Source of the DNA: Chloroflexota bacterium | Lineage (GTDB): Bacteria > Chloroflexota > UBA5177 > JAJPKF01 | NCBI GenBank assembly: GCA_035653255.1 | Contig: DASRCF010000089.1 | Span: 1,814-65,813, forward strand | DNA: 64,000 nucleotides | Reading direction: 5' to 3' | Part shown: positions 1-7,793 of the stretch, piece by piece | How the letters are laid out: every line of letters starts with the position of its first letter | Position numbering within the stretch: the first letter of the stretch is position 1 | Translations under genes and position numbers: made by a program | The notes under the pieces: model-generated | Seen by the model: only the letters and a program-made list of their open reading frames with translations | Told to the model about the DNA's origin: nothing | The model's database searches: none

Positions 1-558
1 GTCGATGCCGCGGGAATCCCGTTCCCAGGTGAGACCATGCTGATTGCGGCAGCGGTATACGCCGGAAGCGGTGGCCTCCGGATCCCGTTCGTCATCCTTG
101 CCGCCGCCCTCGGCGCGTTCGCCGGCTTCTGCGTCAGCTACACCATCGGCCGGACTGGGGGCCGCGCGCTCGTGCTGCGCTACGGACACTTCGTGCGGCT
201 CGATCCGGCAAAGCTGGCCCGAGCCGAGACTTTCTTCCAGAAGTACGGCGATGCTACCGTCTTTCTTGGCCGGTTCGTGTCAGTAGGCCGTGCATTTGCC
301 GCGCTGCTGGCCGGCCTCAACCGCATGAACCTAGCCAAGTTCATGATCTTCAACGCGGCTGGGGCGGCAATCTGGGCCTGCCTATTCGGCGTCGCCGGCT
401 TCGAGCTGGGCCACGATCTGCCGCTTCTGCACCGACTGACACACGGCTTTGCCATCGGGGCCATCGTGATCGTGGTTGCTATCGTCGTAGGTGCTGTGCT
501 TTGGCACCTCATCCGACGCCGTCGAAGTCAGGAGAACGGCCCCGTTCGCGCGGAGTAA
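1..558 (+). CDS. DedA/SNARE-associated family membrane protein (5' partial; the ORF runs in from upstream of the window)
   Basis: The frame is open from base 1. The product shows multiple hydrophobic helices and the DedA-type motifs 'GETMLIAAAVYAGSGG...FLGRFVSVGRAFAALLAGL', with a C-terminal basic tail. Confidence 0.7.
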   Translation, partial: VDAAGIPFPGETMLIAAAVYAGSGGLRIPFVILAAALGAFAGFCVSYTIGRTGGRALVLRYGHFVRLDPAKLARAETFFQKYGDATVFLGRFVSVGRAFAALLAGLNRMNLAKFMIFNAAGAAIWACLFGVAGFELGHDLPLLHRLTHGFAIGAIVIVVAIVVGAVLWHLIRRRRSQENGPVRAE

Positions 559-652
559 TCACACCACTACCGGATCCAAAGGATTCTGGGCACGCTAATG
601 CGGCACCACATTCCTCCTCTGCGGTTTCGGTCTCCGGTGTTCTACTGATTGG

Positions 653-2056
653 TCAGAGAATGTTGGTGACGTCCAGCTCCGGGTACGTCGCCAGGTGGCG
701 CAGCATCAGGTCGCGGATCTCGTTCATTCGCGGCTCGGTCTTGGCCTCGAACCGCATGGTGAGGTTGGGCTCGGTATTGGATGCCCGAACGAGGCCCCAG
801 CCATCCCCGAAATCGACCCGGGCCCCGTCGAGGGTGATCACCTTGTGGTCGCGCTCAAAGTGAGCTCGGACGCTATCGACGACGCGGAACTTCTCGCTGT
901 CCGGACAGAAGAGGCGTTGCTCCGGCGTGGCGAAGTATCGAGGCGCCGAGGCCATGACGTGCGACAGGCTCTCCGGCTGCCGGCTCAGAAACTCAAGCAC
1001 GTTACAGGCGGTGAACGTTCCGTCGTCGAAATCTATGCGCGGGTCATCGAAAAACACGTGTCCACTAAATTCACCGGCCAGTGGTGCATGCTCCTGCTTC
1101 CGCTTCTCGGAGATGTTGGGATACCCCGTCTTCCACATCACCGGCACGCCCCCGTGGGCCTTGATATCCTCCTGCAACGCCAGGCTTGTCTTGACGTCGA
1201 AGACGATGGCGGACCCCGGGTCCTTGTGTAGTGCGCGGCGGGAGAGCGGAATGAGGTACTGATCGGGCCAGAGAATAGCGCCCGCGTCGTCGACGACGCC
1301 GCACCGGTCGCCGTCGCCGTCCAGCCCGATCCCGAGGTCGCACTTCTCTCGACGAACGGCGGCGATGAGGTCGACCAAATTCTCCTCCTTTAGAGGATTG
1401 GGAATGTGGTGCGGGAAGGTGGAGTCGGGCTCGATGTAGAGCGGCACGACTTCCATGCCCAGCTCTCGAAAGATGGTCAGACCCGTCGGCCCCGCGACTC
1501 CGTTGCCGGAGTCGAGAGCCACCTTTAACGGTCGTTCCACCACCACGCGACTCTTCACGTAGTCGATGTACTCGGGTAGGATGTCGTGCGTGTTGTAGCC
1601 GCCTTCCCCGCCTGCATAGTCGCCTGCATCGACGATGCGCCGCAGCTCCTGTACCTCGTCCGGATCCAGCGGAACGCTGGAGCCGCCTGAGCGCCAGCGC
1701 TGCTTCAGGCCGTTGAACTCAGGGGGATTGTGGCTGGCGGTAACTACCACCCCCCCGTCGCAGTCGAGGGCTCCGACGGAAAAGTAGAGGACGGGCGTCG
1801 GCACCTCGCCAACGTCGACCACCGTGTGACCGGTAGATCTGAGACCCCGGGTGAACGCTTCCGAAAAGTCTTTCGAGCTGGCTCGCACGTCTCTGCCGAT
1901 GACCACGCGTCCACACCGGCCGATCTTCCGTCGCAGGAGCGTGCCATAGGCCCGGCCCAAGAGCGTGAGAACGTCTGTGGTGAGGTCCTCGCCGACGATC
2001 CCACGGATGTCATACTCCCGAAAGATGGCCGGATTTACCTGCACTGAGGTTCCCAT
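653..2056 (-). CDS. phosphomannomutase/phosphoglucomutase (alpha-D-phosphohexomutase family)
   Basis: 467 aa. The N-terminus 'FREYDIRGIVGEDLT' and the catalytic phosphoserine loop 'VVVTASHNPPEFNGLK' are canonical PMM/PGM features. Confidence 0.85.
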   Translation of the reverse strand: MGTSVQVNPAIFREYDIRGIVGEDLTTDVLTLLGRAYGTLLRRKIGRCGRVVIGRDVRASSKDFSEAFTRGLRSTGHTVVDVGEVPTPVLYFSVGALDCDGGVVVTASHNPPEFNGLKQRWRSGGSSVPLDPDEVQELRRIVDAGDYAGGEGGYNTHDILPEYIDYVKSRVVVERPLKVALDSGNGVAGPTGLTIFRELGMEVVPLYIEPDSTFPHHIPNPLKEENLVDLIAAVRREKCDLGIGLDGDGDRCGVVDDAGAILWPDQYLIPLSRRALHKDPGSAIVFDVKTSLALQEDIKAHGGVPVMWKTGYPNISEKRKQEHAPLAGEFSGHVFFDDPRIDFDDGTFTACNVLEFLSRQPESLSHVMASAPRYFATPEQRLFCPDSEKFRVVDSVRAHFERDHKVITLDGARVDFGDGWGLVRASNTEPNLTMRFEAKTEPRMNEIRDLMLRHLATYPELDVTNIL

Positions 2057-2242
2057 GTCTCCCTCTCTGTCCTTTCTCGCATTCTCGCAGAAGGAGGCCC
2101 CGAGTCCCGACCCGAGGGAATCGGCCGAGTGAGGGTCTGAGGTCGAACGGCGAACGATGAGATGAAGGTCGAAAGCCTCCGCCCAACCAGGGACCTGAAG
2201 CCCGAAACCAACCTTGGGCCCGAAAGGTTGGGATCTTGCTTC

Positions 2243-3529
2243 TTAGATGCGGCCGGCGCGCCTCAGGGGGCCGGTGATATCGAACACGTAGCGGAGCATC
2301 TCGGTATGGACCTCCGTCCGCTCGACGTCTCGCCGGCTCATGGCGATCTGGGCAGTCTGCAGCATGCGCTCGAAATCGTACTCCTGGTAGGAGCCGTCGC
2401 CTCCCCAGACAAAGCACGGCACGACTTTCGGCAGCATGCCGCCACCAAAGAGATTGCACCCGGTCCCGATTGTGCTGCCGGAGTTCAGAAGGACGCCGAT
2501 ACCCAGCTTCACGTGGTCACCGACCAGAGCCCCGAGCTTCGTCAGCCCGGTGTCGAGCTGCCTGTCCTGCAGCTCGATCCGGATGGAACCGTAGGTATTT
2601 TTCAGATCGCTGGTGGTGGTCATGGCTCCGACGTTGACCCACTCGCCGAGATAGCTGTGCCCGACGAAGCCGTCATGGTACTTGTTCGTGTAGGCATGGA
2701 AGATTGAACACTCTACCTCGCCACCGACCCGGCAATACGGGCCTATGCTCGTGTCCTCCCGCACCTTGCCGCCGACGATGCGTACGTACCGTCCGATGTA
2801 GCATGGCCCTTGGACGAAGGAGAAGGGCTGAATGACGGCGCCCTCGTCTATGTAGATCGGTCCGTCCCTGGCGTCGAGCACGGCTCCCGCCATGATCTCG
2901 GCGCTCGGATCCACGAACACCCGGTCCCGGTTGTAAATTGCGGCGGCCGGATGTGGCTGGGCCTGTTCCGGGTCGAGCCGCTGCATATCGAAGTCAGCGA
3001 CGATCTCGCGTCCATTTCGGTGAATGAGATCCCAAGGATACGCGACCATCTCGACCTCCACCCGCTGGACGCGGACCTCCCTAGCGATGGTGGCCATGAC
3101 ACTCTCGGTGTCCTGCTCCGCCAGCCATTTCAGACCGATGGTCAACCGCGGACCCGACAATCGTGCGGCCACCAGGTCGTCTCCACAGACGTAGAGGGCG
3201 TCCTCGCCGTCCGGCGTGATTTCCAAGTCCAGGTCACGCCTGGCGAGCAGGCGTCCGTTCAGGAAGAGGATTTGCCCATACGACCGAAGCAGGTCGCGGG
3301 AGTTGCCGATGAGCGAGGGCTGATTTTGGGAATCCGCCACTCGAATCAGGTATGGCCTGCACAGCTGGCGGATGGTGCAACCGTTGTAGACCAGACTGAT
3401 CTTCTTGAACAGCGTACGCATGCCGCAACGGAGATCGAAGACGGGCCTTGTATACGCCAGGGGCAGAAAGTTCTCTGCCTTCTCGTCTTCGAACACGCAT
3501 ACCGTCGGGGCCGCCATGATCCGGGTCAC
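2243..3529 (-). CDS. NTP-transferase-like protein with C-terminal left-handed beta-helix (GlmU/GCD1-like), likely a sugar-phosphate nucleotidyltransferase or degenerate paralog
   Basis: 428 aa. The C-terminal half is built of hexapeptide repeats ('IGRYVRIVGGKV...IGPYCRVGGEV...VGHSYLGEWVNVGAMTT...LGIGVLLNSGSTIGTGCNLFGG'). The N-terminal half resembles a nucleotidyltransferase fold. It overlaps the upstream YvcK-like gene by 4 nt, so the two are in an operon. Confidence 0.6.
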   Translation of the reverse strand: MTRIMAAPTVCVFEDEKAENFLPLAYTRPVFDLRCGMRTLFKKISLVYNGCTIRQLCRPYLIRVADSQNQPSLIGNSRDLLRSYGQILFLNGRLLARRDLDLEITPDGEDALYVCGDDLVAARLSGPRLTIGLKWLAEQDTESVMATIAREVRVQRVEVEMVAYPWDLIHRNGREIVADFDMQRLDPEQAQPHPAAAIYNRDRVFVDPSAEIMAGAVLDARDGPIYIDEGAVIQPFSFVQGPCYIGRYVRIVGGKVREDTSIGPYCRVGGEVECSIFHAYTNKYHDGFVGHSYLGEWVNVGAMTTTSDLKNTYGSIRIELQDRQLDTGLTKLGALVGDHVKLGIGVLLNSGSTIGTGCNLFGGGMLPKVVPCFVWGGDGSYQEYDFERMLQTAQIAMSRRDVERTEVHTEMLRYVFDITGPLRRAGRI

Positions 3530-4761
3530 CCTGCCGCTGCGCGCGCCCGCGTTTGTGCGATGATCCCACGAAGCGCCCGTGCCAGCTTGGTGGAGTCGTG
3601 CCGGATCACCGTCACGGTTTGCTCACTGGCCGTGCCCAGCTCCGGATCCAGCGTCAGCCTGGTCTCATTGATGACGTCCATGATGTCCGCTTCGATGACC
3701 GTCGAGCCGGCAATGTTGAGCATCGTCGAGCCCGGGAAGCTTCCTCCCAGGACAACCTTGGAAGCGTCGATGTGCTCTTCGGGCGTCACCATGATCGGAA
3801 ATGAGCCCGTGACCTCGTAGCGGTTGAGGATGTGGGATCCCGGGTAGCTTCGGTTGACGATGGTGTATTGGGGCGCGAAGCCGGCAAAATCACGAAATCT
3901 GGAGATGAAATCGGTGACGGTCCAGCCATCAGTGCGACCGGGCTCGGTCATCACGTTGCATATGAAGATGGTTGCCGCTCGTGCGGCCGCGAGGCGCTCG
4001 CGCAGCTTCGGCACCAGAAGACAGGGCACGACGCTGGTGTAGAAAGACCCCGGCCCAAACACGATCAGGTCCGAAGACTTGATGGCGGTGTCCAACTCCT
4101 GAGGAACGGCCCACGAGGAGGTGTCGGCAGGTGTACGGCTATCGGAGGATAGGAAGAGCTCTTCGACCGGCTGGTGTAGATCACGCTCTATCTCCGCGGC
4201 GCCGGCCACCACCTGCCCATCGGTGAGCCGGGCACAAAGCTGGACATTTTCGGGCGTGGCGAACATTACACGGGCGTCGGGATGTGAGGTGCGCACAAGG
4301 CGTCCTATGGTGCGGTAGTCGCTGCCGACGGCCGGCACTGCTGCCACCCGCCCCACGCTGTCGCTCAGCGCATTCAAGACAATGAGCAGACCCATGTGGC
4401 CGCTGAATAGAGTGGCATCGGGCAGGCCCTGACGCGAAACCGCGCTCAGCACCATCGACTGCCCGGCCTGCTGCTCGACCAGAGATAGGGTGAGGCCAAA
4501 GCGCCCCCGGTGCAGTCGCCAGATTCCAACCAGGACAAGAAGCAGGCCGAGGCCGAAGATCGCGAGCCCCTGTACGATCTTGCCGGCAAAGCGCAGCGTG
4601 ATGTCGTCGACCGCGTTCGCCGGCAGGATATGTCGAAGCAGGTTTAGAACCACCTCGCCGAGGCCGGCTCCGAGCAGCATCACGCCGACGGCCAGCACCA
4701 CCAGCCAGAGGTTACCTGTGGCTCCAAATCCACGCCGTCGCATCAAGACCTCACACTCCAA
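3526..4761 (-). CDS. YvcK/UPF0052 (CofD-like, gluconeogenesis-factor family) paralog with an N-terminal two-helix membrane anchor and a degenerate glycine-rich loop
   Basis: The C-terminal family motifs are intact ('DLIVFGPGSFYTSVVPCLLVP', 'ICNVMTEPGRTDGWT'). The usual 'IGGGTG' loop reads 'FSGHMGL'. The first ~100 aa contain two strongly hydrophobic segments. Confidence 0.75.
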   Translation of the reverse strand: MECEVLMRRRGFGATGNLWLVVLAVGVMLLGAGLGEVVLNLLRHILPANAVDDITLRFAGKIVQGLAIFGLGLLLVLVGIWRLHRGRFGLTLSLVEQQAGQSMVLSAVSRQGLPDATLFSGHMGLLIVLNALSDSVGRVAAVPAVGSDYRTIGRLVRTSHPDARVMFATPENVQLCARLTDGQVVAGAAEIERDLHQPVEELFLSSDSRTPADTSSWAVPQELDTAIKSSDLIVFGPGSFYTSVVPCLLVPKLRERLAAARAATIFICNVMTEPGRTDGWTVTDFISRFRDFAGFAPQYTIVNRSYPGSHILNRYEVTGSFPIMVTPEEHIDASKVVLGGSFPGSTMLNIAGSTVIEADIMDVINETRLTLDPELGTASEQTVTVIRHDSTKLARALRGIIAQTRARAAAG

Positions 4762-4915
4762 GCCCAGGCGATTTCACAATGATGCGAGATCAGCGGCTGC
4801 ACCTCTCGGGCCGGTCTCCGGTGGTGGCGAGTCAGGCGGCGTTTCAGCCCGCTTCGGCCGGCTCTCAAGAGCCGGACAGGCCGCACTCGCGAAGTGCCCT
4901 ACCATCGATTAGCCT

Positions 4916-5950
4916 GTGGGAGTATATCAACCTTCGCCGCCGCCGTCAACAGTACCGAGAGCAGCACGTGTGCTGTTCATCGGCGGCGGCACTGGTGCGC
5001 CTGAGCTTCTCGTCGCCCTTCGCGACCGCCTCCCTGAGTCGGTGTGCTCCATTGTCGTGCCTGTGACCGATACCGGACGCAGCACTGGAGTAATCCGCCG
5101 CGTACTGGGCATTCCGGCTCCGGGGGACCTGCGTCACTGCCTCACCACCCTGGCCGGCTCCCGCTCGGAGTGGGGACGAACACTTGAGCGCCGGCTGCGC
5201 GCTCCCCCGGATGGCGGCTTTGACGGCATGGCGGTCGGCAACCTCGTGCTCGGGGCACTGACCCAGGAGACGGGCAACATCGGTCTGGCTGCCGGGCGAC
5301 TCTCCTCAATGCTCGGCGTGGCCGAGCAGGTGCTCCCGGTCAGCTTGGAAGACATCCACCTGTCAGCCGAGCTGGAGGACGGCACCAGGGTGCACGGCGA
5401 GTACGAGGTACGGCGCCCGGGCAAACAGGCCATCCGCTCGCTGTTCATTGAGGGTCAGCAAGAGGGAGCATGGGAGCCCGTTCGCACTGCCATCGAGGAG
5501 GCGACCCACTGCGTGCTGGGGCCCGGAAGCTTGTGGACGAGTCTTGGAGCGGTCCTGGAAGTCAGAGGCATTCGTGAAGCGCTGGCAACCTCGAGCGCTC
5601 GGATCCTATTCGTCTGCAACACCACCACCCAGCCCGGTCAGACCGATGGGCTCGACTTTCAAGGTCACATCGGGGTGGTGACCCGTCTCTCCGGTCGCGC
5701 GCCGGATGTCGTGCTTGCCAACACCGGCCAGCCCGAGCCGGACCTGGAAGAGGACCTGGCCCTCCATGATCTGCACATGGTGTACCCGCCGGCCATGGCC
5801 GGCCAGGATTCCGCCAGCGTCATCATCGGCAAGGACTTCCTGGCACGGTCGCGACCCGACAGGGACTGGCAGAAGCTGCACACTGCCTATCACGACATGA
5901 ACAAGGTGGCCGCCGCCCTGGTTCCGCTCATTCAGGAGGGCGCGGAGTGA
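4916..5950 (+). CDS. YvcK/UPF0052 family protein (canonical)
   Basis: The family motifs are all present: 'VLFIGGGTGAPELL', 'VTDTGRSTGVIRRVLGIPAPGDLRHCL', 'LGPGSLWTSL', 'FVCNTTTQPGQTDG'. The gene is divergent from the other YvcK paralog. Its start is either GTG 4916 or GTG 4970. Confidence 0.8.
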   Translation: MGVYQPSPPPSTVPRAARVLFIGGGTGAPELLVALRDRLPESVCSIVVPVTDTGRSTGVIRRVLGIPAPGDLRHCLTTLAGSRSEWGRTLERRLRAPPDGGFDGMAVGNLVLGALTQETGNIGLAAGRLSSMLGVAEQVLPVSLEDIHLSAELEDGTRVHGEYEVRRPGKQAIRSLFIEGQQEGAWEPVRTAIEEATHCVLGPGSLWTSLGAVLEVRGIREALATSSARILFVCNTTTQPGQTDGLDFQGHIGVVTRLSGRAPDVVLANTGQPEPDLEEDLALHDLHMVYPPAMAGQDSASVIIGKDFLARSRPDRDWQKLHTAYHDMNKVAAALVPLIQEGAE

Positions 5951-5980
5951 ACCCGGCCTTCAGAGTTTGTCTGCTGGGAT

Positions 5981-6003
5981 GGTTGCTGAATCCGGAAGCA
6001 ACC
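5981..6003 (+). terminator. stem-loop (7-bp stem GGTTGCT/AGCAACC, 9-nt loop) 31 nt after the YvcK2 stop, with no U-tract
   Basis: This is a perfect inverted repeat read directly from the sequence. It is not followed by a T-rich run, so a terminator role is uncertain. Confidence 0.25.
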
Positions 6004-6446
6004 TCCCGAACGCTTCCGCGGCGGTGACTCCCGGTGCACTCGTCCTCTGTACAAGCCAGAAAGGGCAGGCCGTAACACCGGCAGTATTCCCCTCCTCGAA
6101 CCCCAACCCGTGGGGAAGTTGGCGGGCCGACGCAAAAGTCTTCCCGCTCCCGCGTTCGGACCTCGTGACGTACCCCACACCCGACCAGGGCCCTTCGGCT
6201 GCTATTCGGCGTCGGCATTTTCTGCTGCCCCCGGCCGAATGCCGAGCCATGGTAGAGTGACACCTGCGCAGTCGCTTTGATGGGGCCAATCTTCCTACAG
6301 GCGACGAGTCCAGCGATGGGGGAGGTGTCTGCGAGCCAGGCTCACGGCGCCGGCGGCTCGTCCCCGCATCTCGCGCGCCCTATGCCATCTACCCCGTGGG
6401 GTGGAGACCGCGCGTCCTTCGACTCACCTCTAGGAGGATCATCGAA

Positions 6447-7664
6447 ATGGGACCTACGCGACTCATCCGGATCGCAGTCATGCCGCTCGCTCTGGCCCTC
6501 ACTCTGACTCTTCCCCTGCTCGGTTTCTCGCCGGCGGCCACGGGTGCTCCAGTGACACGGCACCTGGTATCCAGCGCCGTCAAAATAGAGATCCCCTTCG
6601 CTTTGTGGCCGTGTTCATGTGACAAGCGCAGCTTCGATCCCCAGCAGATTCGGAGCCAGAGCTCGAACCCCAACGCCGCCTACCACCGCGACCAGTACCA
6701 GAACGTGGATTCGGCATTGTTCCAGTACCGCGATGTCCCTCTAAACATCGGGAGTCAGACCATCCACCAGACCTGGCTCGCCACCCGTTACGCCGGCTCA
6801 GAAAACGCCTCAGACAGTCTCGACGACGCGACTTCGAACCTTGATGGACAGGGGAACTCGCAGCAGGGGTGCACGGATCAGAACAACCAGGCCGTGTCCA
6901 ACTGTGCCATTTATCTTCTGAGTCTGCGGGACGGGGACGGCAACCCCACGTCTTACGTTCTGTACGCCATATTCGCCATCGGCGCCACCGTCGGCGAGGT
7001 CAATCAGCACTACACGCTCGCCCAGTACGACGACAGCCACATTCAGGCAGCCCTGGACCGAGACTTCTTCCTGCTCCTCTCGGCGGCTTTGTCGGCGGTC
7101 CGCGCGGGTGGAAGTGGAATCAACCAGGGAGCTTGGCCCAGCCCGGAGTCCATGAACGCGCGCCTCTCGGCTGCCCAGGCTGACAGCGTCAAGATCAACC
7201 CGATTCCCTCACCCCTACGCAACCAGACCTACGCTAAGAGCGGGATGACAGCAGGTGTGCTGGAACGTGAGGTCTTGGCCGTTGGGCCGGGCAATCTCTA
7301 CAGTGGGATCTGGCTCGGATCGCTGTACTCATCTGCGGCCAAGGCAGCCGCAAGATACCAGAGGATCGAGACCTACCTAGGCAGCGGATCCTTCCGTGGA
7401 AGCTGTAGCAAGCCGAGCGGGAAGAGTGGTGCCACACCAAGCTGCGCCTTTTGGCAGCTCCCACCGGGCACACGAGGCATCTCCAATGGAGTCCTTTACG
7501 GTATTTTTGCCGTCGGCAACACCGTCGGTGAGGTCGCGGTGCTCGGAAGTCCGGCTGACTTCTCCAACAGCAGCCGCTTACAAATCCTCAAGAAAGCGTT
7601 TCGATCGCTGCTCACGGGCGGACTCGAAGCTGAGTACCAAGCCAACGGGCTCCAGGTGCCCTAA
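6447..7664 (+). CDS. secreted hypothetical protein made of two tandem copies of a Cys-pair / 'Y-x-F-A-[VI]-x-x-T-V-G-E-V' module
   Basis: SD 'TAGGAGGA' lies 8 nt before ATG 6447. The N-terminus is a signal peptide ('MGPTRLIRIAVMPLALALTLTLPLLGFSPAATGA'). The internal repeats are 'CTDQNNQAVSNC...YVLYAIFAIGATVGEV' and 'CSKPSGKSGATPSC...VLYGIFAVGNTVGEV'. The ORF track starts the frame at 6396. Confidence 0.6.
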   Translation: MGPTRLIRIAVMPLALALTLTLPLLGFSPAATGAPVTRHLVSSAVKIEIPFALWPCSCDKRSFDPQQIRSQSSNPNAAYHRDQYQNVDSALFQYRDVPLNIGSQTIHQTWLATRYAGSENASDSLDDATSNLDGQGNSQQGCTDQNNQAVSNCAIYLLSLRDGDGNPTSYVLYAIFAIGATVGEVNQHYTLAQYDDSHIQAALDRDFFLLLSAALSAVRAGGSGINQGAWPSPESMNARLSAAQADSVKINPIPSPLRNQTYAKSGMTAGVLEREVLAVGPGNLYSGIWLGSLYSSAAKAAARYQRIETYLGSGSFRGSCSKPSGKSGATPSCAFWQLPPGTRGISNGVLYGIFAVGNTVGEVAVLGSPADFSNSSRLQILKKAFRSLLTGGLEAEYQANGLQVP

Positions 7665-7720
7665 GGGCAGCAACCTCCCGTCGTCGCAGAATAGACTTTT
7701 GACCAGAGCCTGAACACGCT

Positions 7721-7749
7721 TTGCACAGCTTGAAGCCGGTCAGTACAAT
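7721..7749 (+). promoter_or_regulatory. sigma70-like promoter candidate (-35 TTGCAC, 17-nt spacer, -10 TACAAT) upstream of the S53 gene
   Basis: The hexamers are read directly from the sequence and sit about 45 nt upstream of ATG 7794. Confidence 0.3.
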
Positions 7750-7793
7750 GCACACGTTGCTGTGTGCACCATTGCAAATCTGCAGCAACCAGG

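Noticed and set aside
695-1231. Long antisense or alternative-frame ORFs overlapping confidently called genes, which also occur throughout the window (for example 695-1231 +, 2162-2707 +, 2810-3820 +, 18486-19574 -, 18518-19144 -, 26829-27167 +, 43474-44289 -)
   Set aside because: These are typical stop-codon-poor shadow frames of a high-GC genome. They have no SD or start context, their products are low-complexity and Arg/Pro/Ala-rich, and they overlap genes with clear homology.
2057-2242. Possible structured leader or attenuator between the NTase-like gene and phosphomannomutase (several short GC hairpins)
   Set aside because: The hairpins are short and ambiguous with no recognisable riboswitch consensus. 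It was not possible to distinguish it from an ordinary intercistronic spacer.
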